A program made the translations under genes and the position numbers. Shown piece by piece: positions 45,901-55,265 of a DNA stretch of 64,000 nucleotides. The notes under the pieces were generated by a model. The model saw nothing but the letters and a program-made list of their open reading frames with translations. It did no database searches and was not told the DNA's origin. Positions within the stretch are counted from its first letter, which is position 1, and every line of letters begins with the position of its first letter. This DNA comes from a virus, in IMG/VR virus record IMGVR_UViG_3300017917_002795, positions 1 through 64,000 of that record; one strand, given 5' to 3'.

Positions 45901-48900
45901 ATGCTAACACAATATAAAAATATCGATCAAATTCTTTTAGCTACTAGTAGTATTTCAGCGGAACGGTTTTCTCGTAGTAAAACTGCATTCTTAAGTTTTG
46001 ATGCTGATGATTCTATTTATTTAAACGCTGATATCACACAACAGCGCGCGGAACAACGCGTTGAATTGCATGTATATAACAATCAAACATGGTTAACGGG
46101 TAATCATAATGTTACGTTGCAATCCAAGATTCCGGAATATCGCGACAATGTATCAAATAAACTTATAAAATTTGATGCACAACCAATAGCTATTGATTTA
46201 TATAAAGAATTTGAAACTTTAAAATTAACAGCTGGAAATTTTCGTATTGCAGTTAATTTTTTTAAGAATCTAATTGGTAATTATGAAAAACAACATTTAC
46301 GAATTGATGAAATTTCACCAGATCGTCGAGAAATTCGTTTACGTGCAATTGATTCAAAAGATCCAGAATTTCTACAACAAATTACAAACTATATTAAAAT
46401 TGTTAAACAGACATCAAGACGTGTTTTTAGAACATATTTGTTGAATTTTAGCAGAAATACATGTATATCATTTATTAATAGTGTTGTTGTTGGTGAATAT
46501 TTGTATGTTAAATTAGAATCAGAACTACCAACTAATATTGATGTAGATTTTAAATGTTGGGTTGTTGAAGAACAAAAAGATTCATATATTGATCTCGTTT
46601 CTATTGTTACAAAAGAAATCCAACGAACTTTTAAATCATTATCAGGACCAAACTGGGATGCGAAAACAGATTCAGCATTATCATCAGAAACAGATTTTAA
46701 AACTTGGACTGAATTATTAGGATCGACAACACAAACATCTCAACAAATTGTAGATACATATTTTTCTGGGAGTTTAAGTGGAATTGAATTAAATATTGAT
46801 TATTCAGATTTTAATAATTTTATTTTTTATAGTTCTGCAGTAGAACGGTTGAAGAATTTTAAGTATAAAATTTCATTGCTTGAATATTATACATCTCAAA
46901 GTTTAATTGTTTCGGAAATTTCTGGTTCTACGGCACAAGCTAATCAACAAGAATATGAATCTTATAAAACTAATTTAGTTAGCGGATTTGATAGTTTCGA
47001 AAAATACTTATACTATCAATCAGCATCATATGTTGAAACTACATATCCTATTGCATCAGAAAAATTTATCGTATCAGATTTAACTGGTAGTTATATAAAA
47101 CCTGCTCCAAAGTCAGGCTCAGCATATCCATATGTATTATATCCGGTTAGTAGTCCGGAATTTACTACATGGTATGATAATTTAATTGATTCTGCATCGC
47201 AATATGATTCATTCAATCTAAATTCATTGGAATATGCACTTCCGGAATATATACGTTTTGATTCTATAAATCAATCAGTAATTACGTTTGTGCGGATGTT
47301 AGGTCAACACTATGACATCATTTACACGTATATTCGTGAAATGTTAAAAATTCAAAAGCGCGAAGAAAATCCTAAATTAGGTATGCCAAATGAATTGTTA
47401 TATTCTGTAGCAAAACAATTTGGATGGACTTTGATTGACGGAAATCAACAACAAGAATTATGGTCATATGCTTTAGGTGTTGATGCAAATGGTGCACCGC
47501 AAACTGGTTCTAATTCAATAAATGGAACCTCGTTACCAGCCAAGGACAGAACGTATAACGTATGGAGACGCATCGTTAATAACTTACCTTATCTACTCAA
47601 ATCAAAAGGGACTAAGCGCAGTATACAAGCATTATTAGCATGCTACGGGATACCACAAAGCATGATATCAATCAACGAATATGGTGGCCCTAGACTTGAA
47701 CGAGCTCCAGTATATGAAAAGTTGAATTTTGATTATGCATTAGATTTAATTAACAATGCCGCTGGTATTGTAACAGTAAATTATACTACTCCGATACGTT
47801 CTGCGGAATTACGTTTACGAACTGTGGATGTTATAAAAAATCCGTTAGTTCCAAACACGCAAAATATCATAACAGTTGGCGGAAACACAGTAACATTAGA
47901 TTTTGTTAGTGGGAATCAAGGTGTATTTAATATCAACGGAAATGCTACTGCGCCAATTGAAATATACAATGATGATTGGGTGACATTGCTTTTACGAAAT
48001 GACGCAACCGATTCGAATTGTGAATTAATAGTTAAAAAATCTAAATATGGTAAAATAGTTGCAGCTGTATCTGCGTCAGATTCAACCCCATTTACTGCAG
48101 GATCAAATGCAGTAGTTTTAGGTGGTACTACGAATGGTTCTAGATTACAAGGACAACTCCAAGAATTACGATTATGGTCATCGAGTTTGCAAGATTCTGC
48201 ATTTAATAATCATGTTAAAGCCCCGGCTGCGTATGATGGAAATGTAGATGCATATTCTGAATTGGTATTTAGATTACCATTAACACAACGCATCGATCAT
48301 GCAGCTACTAGTAGTTTAACTGGTGTACAACCCGTGTCTTCTAGTATTTCTGCATCATTTACCGGTTGGACAAATGCAATACCATATGATTCAATTGAAG
48401 AAACATATTATTATGATGCTATATCATTAGGCGCTGGTACATTTGATGATAATAAAATACGTATAGAATCAAATGAATTGGTTGGCGTATTAGATGTTAA
48501 AACACGAGCAGAACGTAGTCAATTTGATCGAGCTCCATTAGATAATAAAAACTTAGGAGTTTATTTTTCTCCACAAACAATGATTGATGAAGATATCATT
48601 GCACAATTAGGATTCGTTAATTTAGATGAATATATTGGAGATCCTGGAGAAACTAGTGAAACTGAATATCCGGAATTAATTCGTGTTGCTCAAGGATATT
48701 GGAAAAAATATGAAACGCGCAATGATATTAATGCTTATATAAAAATGTTTTCTTTGTTTGATTTATCGTTTTTCAAACAACTAGAACAATTATTGCCAGC
48801 TCGTGTTAATAAAATGACTGGCGTGCTTATTCAGCCTAACATATTAGAACGAAACAAACAAACAATTGTTCCAAAAATACTTCGAGAAGATGTTGCATAT

Positions 48901-49413
48901 TCAACATTAATTCAAAATAATGATGTTTCTGCATCTGGAGATTATTTACATTTACAAGGTCTTGTTGATGGTAAAATACTGCAAATTGAAGGTATAGATG
49001 ATGATCAATGGCAAATGTATTTAACTGCATCACAAGAACAACGATATGGTGGAACAATATATTCACATCAATACTTAATATTATCTGGAAGTGAATATAT
49101 AACTGGTTCAACGCCATATTGGCAAAGTGAAGCCGTATGTCCGACCATAACTAGTAGTATATTATCAGAATTTAAACAAACAAAATTTATAATTCAAGAC
49201 ACAGCTAGTTATCAAGCAGCTCGTGTAACTGATTTTTTTCCAGCAGGAATAGATAATCAACGTTATTCAGGTGTTAAAATGACTAGTCCAGCATTTAATG
49301 TAAATTCAAAACAAACATATGATGGTGGGCCAGTTGTGGAATGGAGATCTGCAAATCCAAATCAATTAATATACCAACGACTCGGCGAACAAGGTAGTTT
49401 CAGAATAACATAA
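45901..49413 (+). CDS. Large baseplate/tail protein with LamG-like domain
   Basis: LKSKGTKRSI wedge-like motif; GQLQELRLWS. Confidence 0.7.
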   Translation: MLTQYKNIDQILLATSSISAERFSRSKTAFLSFDADDSIYLNADITQQRAEQRVELHVYNNQTWLTGNHNVTLQSKIPEYRDNVSNKLIKFDAQPIAIDLYKEFETLKLTAGNFRIAVNFFKNLIGNYEKQHLRIDEISPDRREIRLRAIDSKDPEFLQQITNYIKIVKQTSRRVFRTYLLNFSRNTCISFINSVVVGEYLYVKLESELPTNIDVDFKCWVVEEQKDSYIDLVSIVTKEIQRTFKSLSGPNWDAKTDSALSSETDFKTWTELLGSTTQTSQQIVDTYFSGSLSGIELNIDYSDFNNFIFYSSAVERLKNFKYKISLLEYYTSQSLIVSEISGSTAQANQQEYESYKTNLVSGFDSFEKYLYYQSASYVETTYPIASEKFIVSDLTGSYIKPAPKSGSAYPYVLYPVSSPEFTTWYDNLIDSASQYDSFNLNSLEYALPEYIRFDSINQSVITFVRMLGQHYDIIYTYIREMLKIQKREENPKLGMPNELLYSVAKQFGWTLIDGNQQQELWSYALGVDANGAPQTGSNSINGTSLPAKDRTYNVWRRIVNNLPYLLKSKGTKRSIQALLACYGIPQSMISINEYGGPRLERAPVYEKLNFDYALDLINNAAGIVTVNYTTPIRSAELRLRTVDVIKNPLVPNTQNIITVGGNTVTLDFVSGNQGVFNINGNATAPIEIYNDDWVTLLLRNDATDSNCELIVKKSKYGKIVAAVSASDSTPFTAGSNAVVLGGTTNGSRLQGQLQELRLWSSSLQDSAFNNHVKAPAAYDGNVDAYSELVFRLPLTQRIDHAATSSLTGVQPVSSSISASFTGWTNAIPYDSIEETYYYDAISLGAGTFDDNKIRIESNELVGVLDVKTRAERSQFDRAPLDNKNLGVYFSPQTMIDEDIIAQLGFVNLDEYIGDPGETSETEYPELIRVAQGYWKKYETRNDINAYIKMFSLFDLSFFKQLEQLLPARVNKMTGVLIQPNILERNKQTIVPKILREDVAYSTLIQNNDVSASGDYLHLQGLVDGKILQIEGIDDDQWQMYLTASQEQRYGGTIYSHQYLILSGSEYITGSTPYWQSEAVCPTITSSILSEFKQTKFIIQDTASYQAARVTDFFPAGIDNQRYSGVKMTSPAFNVNSKQTYDGGPVVEWRSANPNQLIYQRLGEQGSFRIT

Positions 49414-49456
49414 ATTTCGAAAACGTTATATTTATATAAAAATTTAAAAGGTAAAT

Positions 49457-50107
49457 ATGGGATACTTAGATAATTCAAGTGTAACAATTGATGCGATACT
49501 TACACTAAAAGGTCGTGAATTATTGGCAAAAGGTGGAAATGCATTTCAAATCACTCAATTTGCATTAGGAGATGATGAAATTGATTATTCATTATGGAAT
49601 CCGGATCATCCACTTGGAACAGCATACTATGGTACGATTATTGAAAATATGCCAATAACAGAAGCGATTCCAGATGAAACACAAGCATTAAAATATAAAT
49701 TAATCAGTTTACCGAAACAAACAACTAATATTCCAGTAATTAATGTAGGAAACACTTCAATTACATTAGCAGCTCCAGGAAATAGTTCAATAATTGCACC
49801 AAACACAAGTAATTTTAAAGGCGGTAATGCAACTTTAGGATACACGGCAATATTATCAGATTCTACTGTAGCAGATATCGAAGTAACTAGAGTATTACAA
49901 ACCACAGTTCTTCCTACTACTCCTAGATTTATCGGAGATAATGAAGATGCACAAAGTGTAGCTGTATCTGGTTATGAATTCCGTGTTGTTGCCAAAACAC
50001 ATCTTCTAGAAGACAAACAAGCAACTATTACTATAATAGGTAATGAAACGGGTGGTAGTGTAACAATTACATTAACTGTTAAAAAAGCAACTACAGCAAC
50101 ATTATAA
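49457..50107 (+). CDS. Baseplate/tail-fibre attachment protein
   Basis: AILTLKGRELLA...ITQFALGD resembles the N-half of tail-collar domains. Confidence 0.65.
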   Translation: MGYLDNSSVTIDAILTLKGRELLAKGGNAFQITQFALGDDEIDYSLWNPDHPLGTAYYGTIIENMPITEAIPDETQALKYKLISLPKQTTNIPVINVGNTSITLAAPGNSSIIAPNTSNFKGGNATLGYTAILSDSTVADIEVTRVLQTTVLPTTPRFIGDNEDAQSVAVSGYEFRVVAKTHLLEDKQATITIIGNETGGSVTITLTVKKATTATL

Positions 50108-51399
50108 TGGAAAATATTATGATTGATATAACAACATTAAAACAACAACCTAAACAAGGCCAAATGCGAGAAGCTAGAGAAACTAGACAACAAGCAATAA
50201 CAACTGCAAATGTAAATAGTGATATTACACGAGCAGATGCAATTACACAAAACGTACAACAATTAGCTCAACAACTTGCAAATCAAATGATTGCTGAAAT
50301 GCAGCAATCGCAATTAATGGCTAGAAATGGCCGTACTTTTACTAAATTTGATGCTGTAAATGATATTATATCAAATCAAATTGAAGTAGTAACTGGCGGA
50401 GTATGGTCGGATAACGTTGCAAATTTAGAAACATTTTTTACATCATCAGCTCAAACTAATACGCAGAGAAAATATTATGTTGATGTACTTCATAAGAATC
50501 CAGCAGAAACCGGTTCAGCTGTACAATATTCATTAGCATTTGGCCATGCATTAGGCAGCGGTTCTGATTCACAAGGTCAGCTAAATGATTCTCCTAGCAA
50601 GGCAATATATTCACAATATCGACAACTTCTTTTACCTCCAAGTGATACGAGATTTACAACAGCTGGTTCTGGAAGTACTGATTATATTTATGTGATTAAC
50701 TTTAAACGCAATCGATTAAAAGAACGTTTAGATTCAGGAAATTTTGAAATTCCATTGCGTCAATTAGCTAGTGGTCGAGCTTTAAATGCAACTGGAAGTG
50801 TTCCTATTTCTTCGTCAACGAGTGTTATAACACTTATCGATGATTCATCTGCTGCATTACCTAAAATTGGTGAATCTGGAAAAGTTTACAATATCGTATC
50901 TGGATCAATTAATTCAGGTATACATAATCCAACTGCTCCAGTTTATTTTGGATTAGCATATCCAGATTATGGAACTTTGATATTAGATGGAAAAATGTTA
51001 GATCAACATCTTAATTTTCAAACTAACACTGGTTCTAGTTCAGAAGGAAATAATCATTTTGCATTGCACCATTCAATTTCAGCATCAGCACTCATAACTA
51101 ATCCATCAACATCAGATCCATATGGGTTTTTAGCACGTAATTCTGAAAAAGTTACAAGTACACATTATTTTGTGCGTGTTAAAAATGCTGAATATAATTT
51201 TTCAAATAATCCTTCGTATGTAACAGGAAGTGTTGGTCAACTTGCACAATCAACGTTTGTTAATGATCCTAAAACATATATTACTACGGTTGGATTATAT
51301 AATGATAGTCAAGAATTATTAGCAGTATCAAAATTAAGTAAACCATTACTTAAATCATTCCAAAGAGAAGCTCTTATACGAGTTAAGTTGGATTATTAA
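50107..51399 (+). CDS. Baseplate/tail structural protein
   Basis: C-terminal YITTVGLYNDSQELLAVSKL. Confidence 0.7.
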   Translation: MENIMIDITTLKQQPKQGQMREARETRQQAITTANVNSDITRADAITQNVQQLAQQLANQMIAEMQQSQLMARNGRTFTKFDAVNDIISNQIEVVTGGVWSDNVANLETFFTSSAQTNTQRKYYVDVLHKNPAETGSAVQYSLAFGHALGSGSDSQGQLNDSPSKAIYSQYRQLLLPPSDTRFTTAGSGSTDYIYVINFKRNRLKERLDSGNFEIPLRQLASGRALNATGSVPISSSTSVITLIDDSSAALPKIGESGKVYNIVSGSINSGIHNPTAPVYFGLAYPDYGTLILDGKMLDQHLNFQTNTGSSSEGNNHFALHHSISASALITNPSTSDPYGFLARNSEKVTSTHYFVRVKNAEYNFSNNPSYVTGSVGQLAQSTFVNDPKTYITTVGLYNDSQELLAVSKLSKPLLKSFQREALIRVKLDY

Positions 51400-51465
51400 T
51401 ACAATAAAAATATCTCGAATTTGGCCCTGTTATATTTATATTAAATGTAGCAGGGTTTTTACTAT

Positions 51466-53097
51466 ATGGCAGAATCTAAATTAAAACAACAAGATACGTA
51501 TCAAGGAATATATCCTACAGTTTTTAAAAAGATTGATGCTACAGATATTAACGTTAGTCCGTTTCAATCATATAAAACATGGACATTTACAAACAGTAGT
51601 CCTACTAGTAGTATACAAATATTAAAAGGTATATATTCAGATCCAAATTTTTTACCAGCATTAGGTACTAACTTAACGTATAATGATGCTGTGAATAATG
51701 ATGGATCATTGCAAACGCTTACATATTTTTCTATAAATCATTTTTATTATAAATACAAAACAGAACCTACTAAAACTTTTGGTCCTACAGATCTATCTCG
51801 AACTAAAAAAGTTTTATATGAATCTGCTTCTGTTTTTTCTTTTCCACAACGACAAATTGGCGATGGTATTAAACCAGGATCTTTTAAAATAAACGGAAAT
51901 TTCCAAGCTTCGGGTATTTACGGGGTTGGGATTTATGGAAATAGTATATATGGTAATGCTATAAATTCAAATGTTACTATTGTTTCTGATAGATATGGTA
52001 ATTTAATACATTCAGAATATCCAACAGCATCGATTATATCTAATGTAATGTGGTATGAAGGATTTAATGAATATTTTGATACAACACGAGTTGCATATTC
52101 ATCAGCTAATGTTTCATATATTCCAGGAATTTCATATAATTCAGGATCTGGATCATATGGTTATCAAGCTAATTTTGCTGGTGATGGATATATTAAAACA
52201 TCAATCGATGGTTTATATGATCGCAATCATAATTATGCAATTTCATTTTTTATTAAAGCAGAAAATAATACTGCAAATTCTAACATCATTTTAACCAAAT
52301 CTACCAGTTCATTAACACCTCAGTTTCCATTTAAAATTGAATTAACACCAAATAATTACATTGATTTTACGATTGCTGGAAGTACATCAGTTAAAAATAA
52401 TATCACATCTTCTATTGCAATGAATTCAGTTGAACGGCATATATTGTGTCAGAAATCTGGAAGTGTTATGCAGTTATGGATTGATGGTATATTGCATGCT
52501 TCAGCTAGTAGTACGTTTTTAACAGATACCAATTCACCATTAGTAGAATCTGCGCGCATTGATAACGCAGATCCGGTGTTTATTGGTGGATATGAGACTT
52601 CTGGTAGTGGATTAGTTGGTAATATAGATGAAATTCGAATTTATAATAAAGCATTAACATCCACAGAAATTGGTTATTTATGTGATATTAATTCCAATTT
52701 GACATTCATGCAAACTAATCATGTGGGTAACGTATTTTCTAAACAAGGAATAGCCGTAATTTCATCCCCGGATTATCGTTTTGATTACATCGTTAATAAC
52801 AATTTTGAAATTTCATACCGAAGCACCAAAACAATTCATGAATTATCGGTGATTGCTAATGTTAATTCAGGTGATTTTAATATGTCAACCAATTTAACAT
52901 TAACTAAAGATGATGATCAAACATATAAATCATTTGTTAGTAGTAGTAGTTTTTCACCATACATAACTACAATTGGATTATATGATGGCAATGGCCAATT
53001 ATTGGCAGTCGGAAAATTAGCTCAGCCAATACGTAAGCTTACTGATGTTGATATGAATTTATTGGTTCGTATTGATTTAGATAGGAATATATCATGA
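51466..53097 (+). CDS. Tail structural protein with LamG/ConA domain
   Basis: LWIDG, FIGG, GNIDEIRIYNKALT; C-terminus paralogous to the preceding gene. Confidence 0.75.
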   Translation: MAESKLKQQDTYQGIYPTVFKKIDATDINVSPFQSYKTWTFTNSSPTSSIQILKGIYSDPNFLPALGTNLTYNDAVNNDGSLQTLTYFSINHFYYKYKTEPTKTFGPTDLSRTKKVLYESASVFSFPQRQIGDGIKPGSFKINGNFQASGIYGVGIYGNSIYGNAINSNVTIVSDRYGNLIHSEYPTASIISNVMWYEGFNEYFDTTRVAYSSANVSYIPGISYNSGSGSYGYQANFAGDGYIKTSIDGLYDRNHNYAISFFIKAENNTANSNIILTKSTSSLTPQFPFKIELTPNNYIDFTIAGSTSVKNNITSSIAMNSVERHILCQKSGSVMQLWIDGILHASASSTFLTDTNSPLVESARIDNADPVFIGGYETSGSGLVGNIDEIRIYNKALTSTEIGYLCDINSNLTFMQTNHVGNVFSKQGIAVISSPDYRFDYIVNNNFEISYRSTKTIHELSVIANVNSGDFNMSTNLTLTKDDDQTYKSFVSSSSFSPYITTIGLYDGNGQLLAVGKLAQPIRKLTDVDMNLLVRIDLDRNIS

Positions 53098-53639
53098 TAC
53101 GTTTAAAACATTTATTAAATGAAATTTCACAACCAGAAATTCAGCGTTTATTAGAAAAAATCAAACAAAAACAATTTCGTTTATTAGCAACCGGTGATAA
53201 TGGTCGTGTTTATGAAATTGATGGGGAAGATAAAGTTTTTAAAATCACACAAGAACGAGATGAATTAGATGTTGCTTCGGTTATTGTAGGTCGTTGGACT
53301 GAGTTTACTACTTTTATTCCAGTATATTACATTAATAACCGGGAATCAATGTATATCATGGCTAATGCTAATCAATTAACTAGTTCTGATAAAATGTATA
53401 TCGATGAATTTATGTCTAGATATAAAGATTTTGCACGTGCAGAAGGAGGCGAAGTTTCAATTTTTGATTTTTTAGATGCAGATGGTGCTCGTAATACTGA
53501 TGTTAAATTAGTGAATTTTTTACGGTCATTACAAACAGATGTTAGCAAAATAGGTATTGATGAATTAGATTTAGATCTTGATTTTAGTTCTAATAATGTT
53601 ATGATTTGGAATGGTAAAATGGTATTAGTTGATTGGTAA
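53094..53639 (+). CDS. Minimal protein kinase-like protein with shared leader
   Basis: LATGDNGRVY, VFKIT, DFSSNNV, VLVDW. Confidence 0.75.
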   Translation: MIRLKHLLNEISQPEIQRLLEKIKQKQFRLLATGDNGRVYEIDGEDKVFKITQERDELDVASVIVGRWTEFTTFIPVYYINNRESMYIMANANQLTSSDKMYIDEFMSRYKDFARAEGGEVSIFDFLDADGARNTDVKLVNFLRSLQTDVSKIGIDELDLDLDFSSNNVMIWNGKMVLVDW

Positions 53640-53652
53640 AAAATAATTAATT

Positions 53653-54135
53653 ATGAGAAAAAATCACTTTCATAGTGCTGGAAATTCAAAACGAGCTGCA
53701 GCACTTAAATATGGTTATAAATCTGGTTTAGAACATGTTGTAGCAGAATACATAAAAAGTACTGAATATGATTTGAAATATGAAACAGAAACCATACATT
53801 ATATAGTACCAGAGCGCAAAGCAAAATATACACCAGATTTTGTTTTTACGAAACGCAATGGAAATTTTATGTTTATAGAAACAAAAGGACGTTGGACTAC
53901 TGCAGATCGACAAAAAATGAAACATGTATTAGCATCAAATCCTGGAATTGATATACGAATGGTATTTCAAAATCCAAATCAACGCCTATCAAAAACCAGC
54001 AAAACAACATATGAAGAAGCTGCTCGTAAAATGGGTATTATGTATGTTGCAAAAAAAGATATTCCAGCTGAATGGTTAACAGAATGCGTAAAATCGGGCG
54101 AATCTCCGGCAGATGTGAAACGTTTTTTTAGTTAA
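53653..54135 (+). CDS. T7 endonuclease I-like Holliday junction resolvase
   Basis: YKSGLE, YTPDF, IETKGR, DIRMVFQ. Confidence 0.9.
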   Translation: MRKNHFHSAGNSKRAAALKYGYKSGLEHVVAEYIKSTEYDLKYETETIHYIVPERKAKYTPDFVFTKRNGNFMFIETKGRWTTADRQKMKHVLASNPGIDIRMVFQNPNQRLSKTSKTTYEEAARKMGIMYVAKKDIPAEWLTECVKSGESPADVKRFFS

Positions 54136-54320
54136 GGTTTGATATTTGAAAAATTTTTAATATATTCATGAAGATTAATGAAATTTATTTAATTAATAGA
54201 TTGAATGAAATGTTAATGTAATGAAATCGTTAGATCAGTAATGAAATGTATGTATCTAACCAATATATAATAATTTAATATATTAATTGGAATCCTTACA
54301 GAATTTCATTATAATAAAAT

Positions 54321-55265
54321 ATGAAGAATATTAAACTTTTGCAATTACTAGAATCAATTCTAGGCAAAGGTAAATCAACTTCCGGAAACAATATTGCATT
54401 TTTCTCACCGTTTGTTTCACACTACAAGCCAAAATTAGAAATTGATATCAACACCAATTCTGCCGGTGAAAATGCTTGGCATTGTTGGATATCTGATAAA
54501 AAAGGTCGTACAATTTCTTCATTGTTTAAACAATTAAATTTACCAAAAGAACGGTTTGAACAACTTGCTAAAATAATAGAATCATCACGATACCGTAGTA
54601 CATCGGCAGAAACAAAACCTGCGCAAATTCTGCAACTACCAGCAGAATATATTCCACTTTGGAAAAAGAAATCTACACCAGATTACCGCAATGCAATGTA
54701 TTATTTATCATCACGTGGTATAACTATGTTCGATATTTTAAAATATAGAATAGGTTATTGTGAATCTGGAGAATATTCCGGTAAAATCATAATACCAAGT
54801 TATGATGCGATGGGACAATTAAATTATTTTGTAAGCCGAGCATTTTATAAAGCAGACACTCAAAAACATAAAAATCCAAAAGTTTCCAAAGATATTATTG
54901 GGTTTGAAATGTTTATCAACTGGTCTCAACCTATCATCTTATGTGAAGGTTCATTTGATGCAATTGCCGTTAAACGCAATGCAATTCCACTTTTTGGAAA
55001 AATAATTCAGCCAGCATTACAAAAGAAGATTATTGAAGAACGTGTACGAGATATATACATTTGCCTTGATGCCGATGCGTTGAAAAATGCATTAGATATT
55101 GCCGAAAGATTTATGGGTGAAGGTTTAAATGTATATTTCGTAGAGTTAAAAAATCAAGATGCATCAGAATTAGGATTCACTCAAATAAGAAAAATTATTG
55201 AAAATACTGATCTATTAACATTTGAACGTGTTATGGAATTAAGAATGGGTTTAATATGGATATAA
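54321..55265 (+). CDS. DNA primase (DnaG/TOPRIM)
   Basis: YL..RGI, IIIPSYD..G, ILCEGSFDAI, CLDADA. Confidence 0.9.
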   Translation: MKNIKLLQLLESILGKGKSTSGNNIAFFSPFVSHYKPKLEIDINTNSAGENAWHCWISDKKGRTISSLFKQLNLPKERFEQLAKIIESSRYRSTSAETKPAQILQLPAEYIPLWKKKSTPDYRNAMYYLSSRGITMFDILKYRIGYCESGEYSGKIIIPSYDAMGQLNYFVSRAFYKADTQKHKNPKVSKDIIGFEMFINWSQPIILCEGSFDAIAVKRNAIPLFGKIIQPALQKKIIEERVRDIYICLDADALKNALDIAERFMGEGLNVYFVELKNQDASELGFTQIRKIIENTDLLTFERVMELRMGLIWI

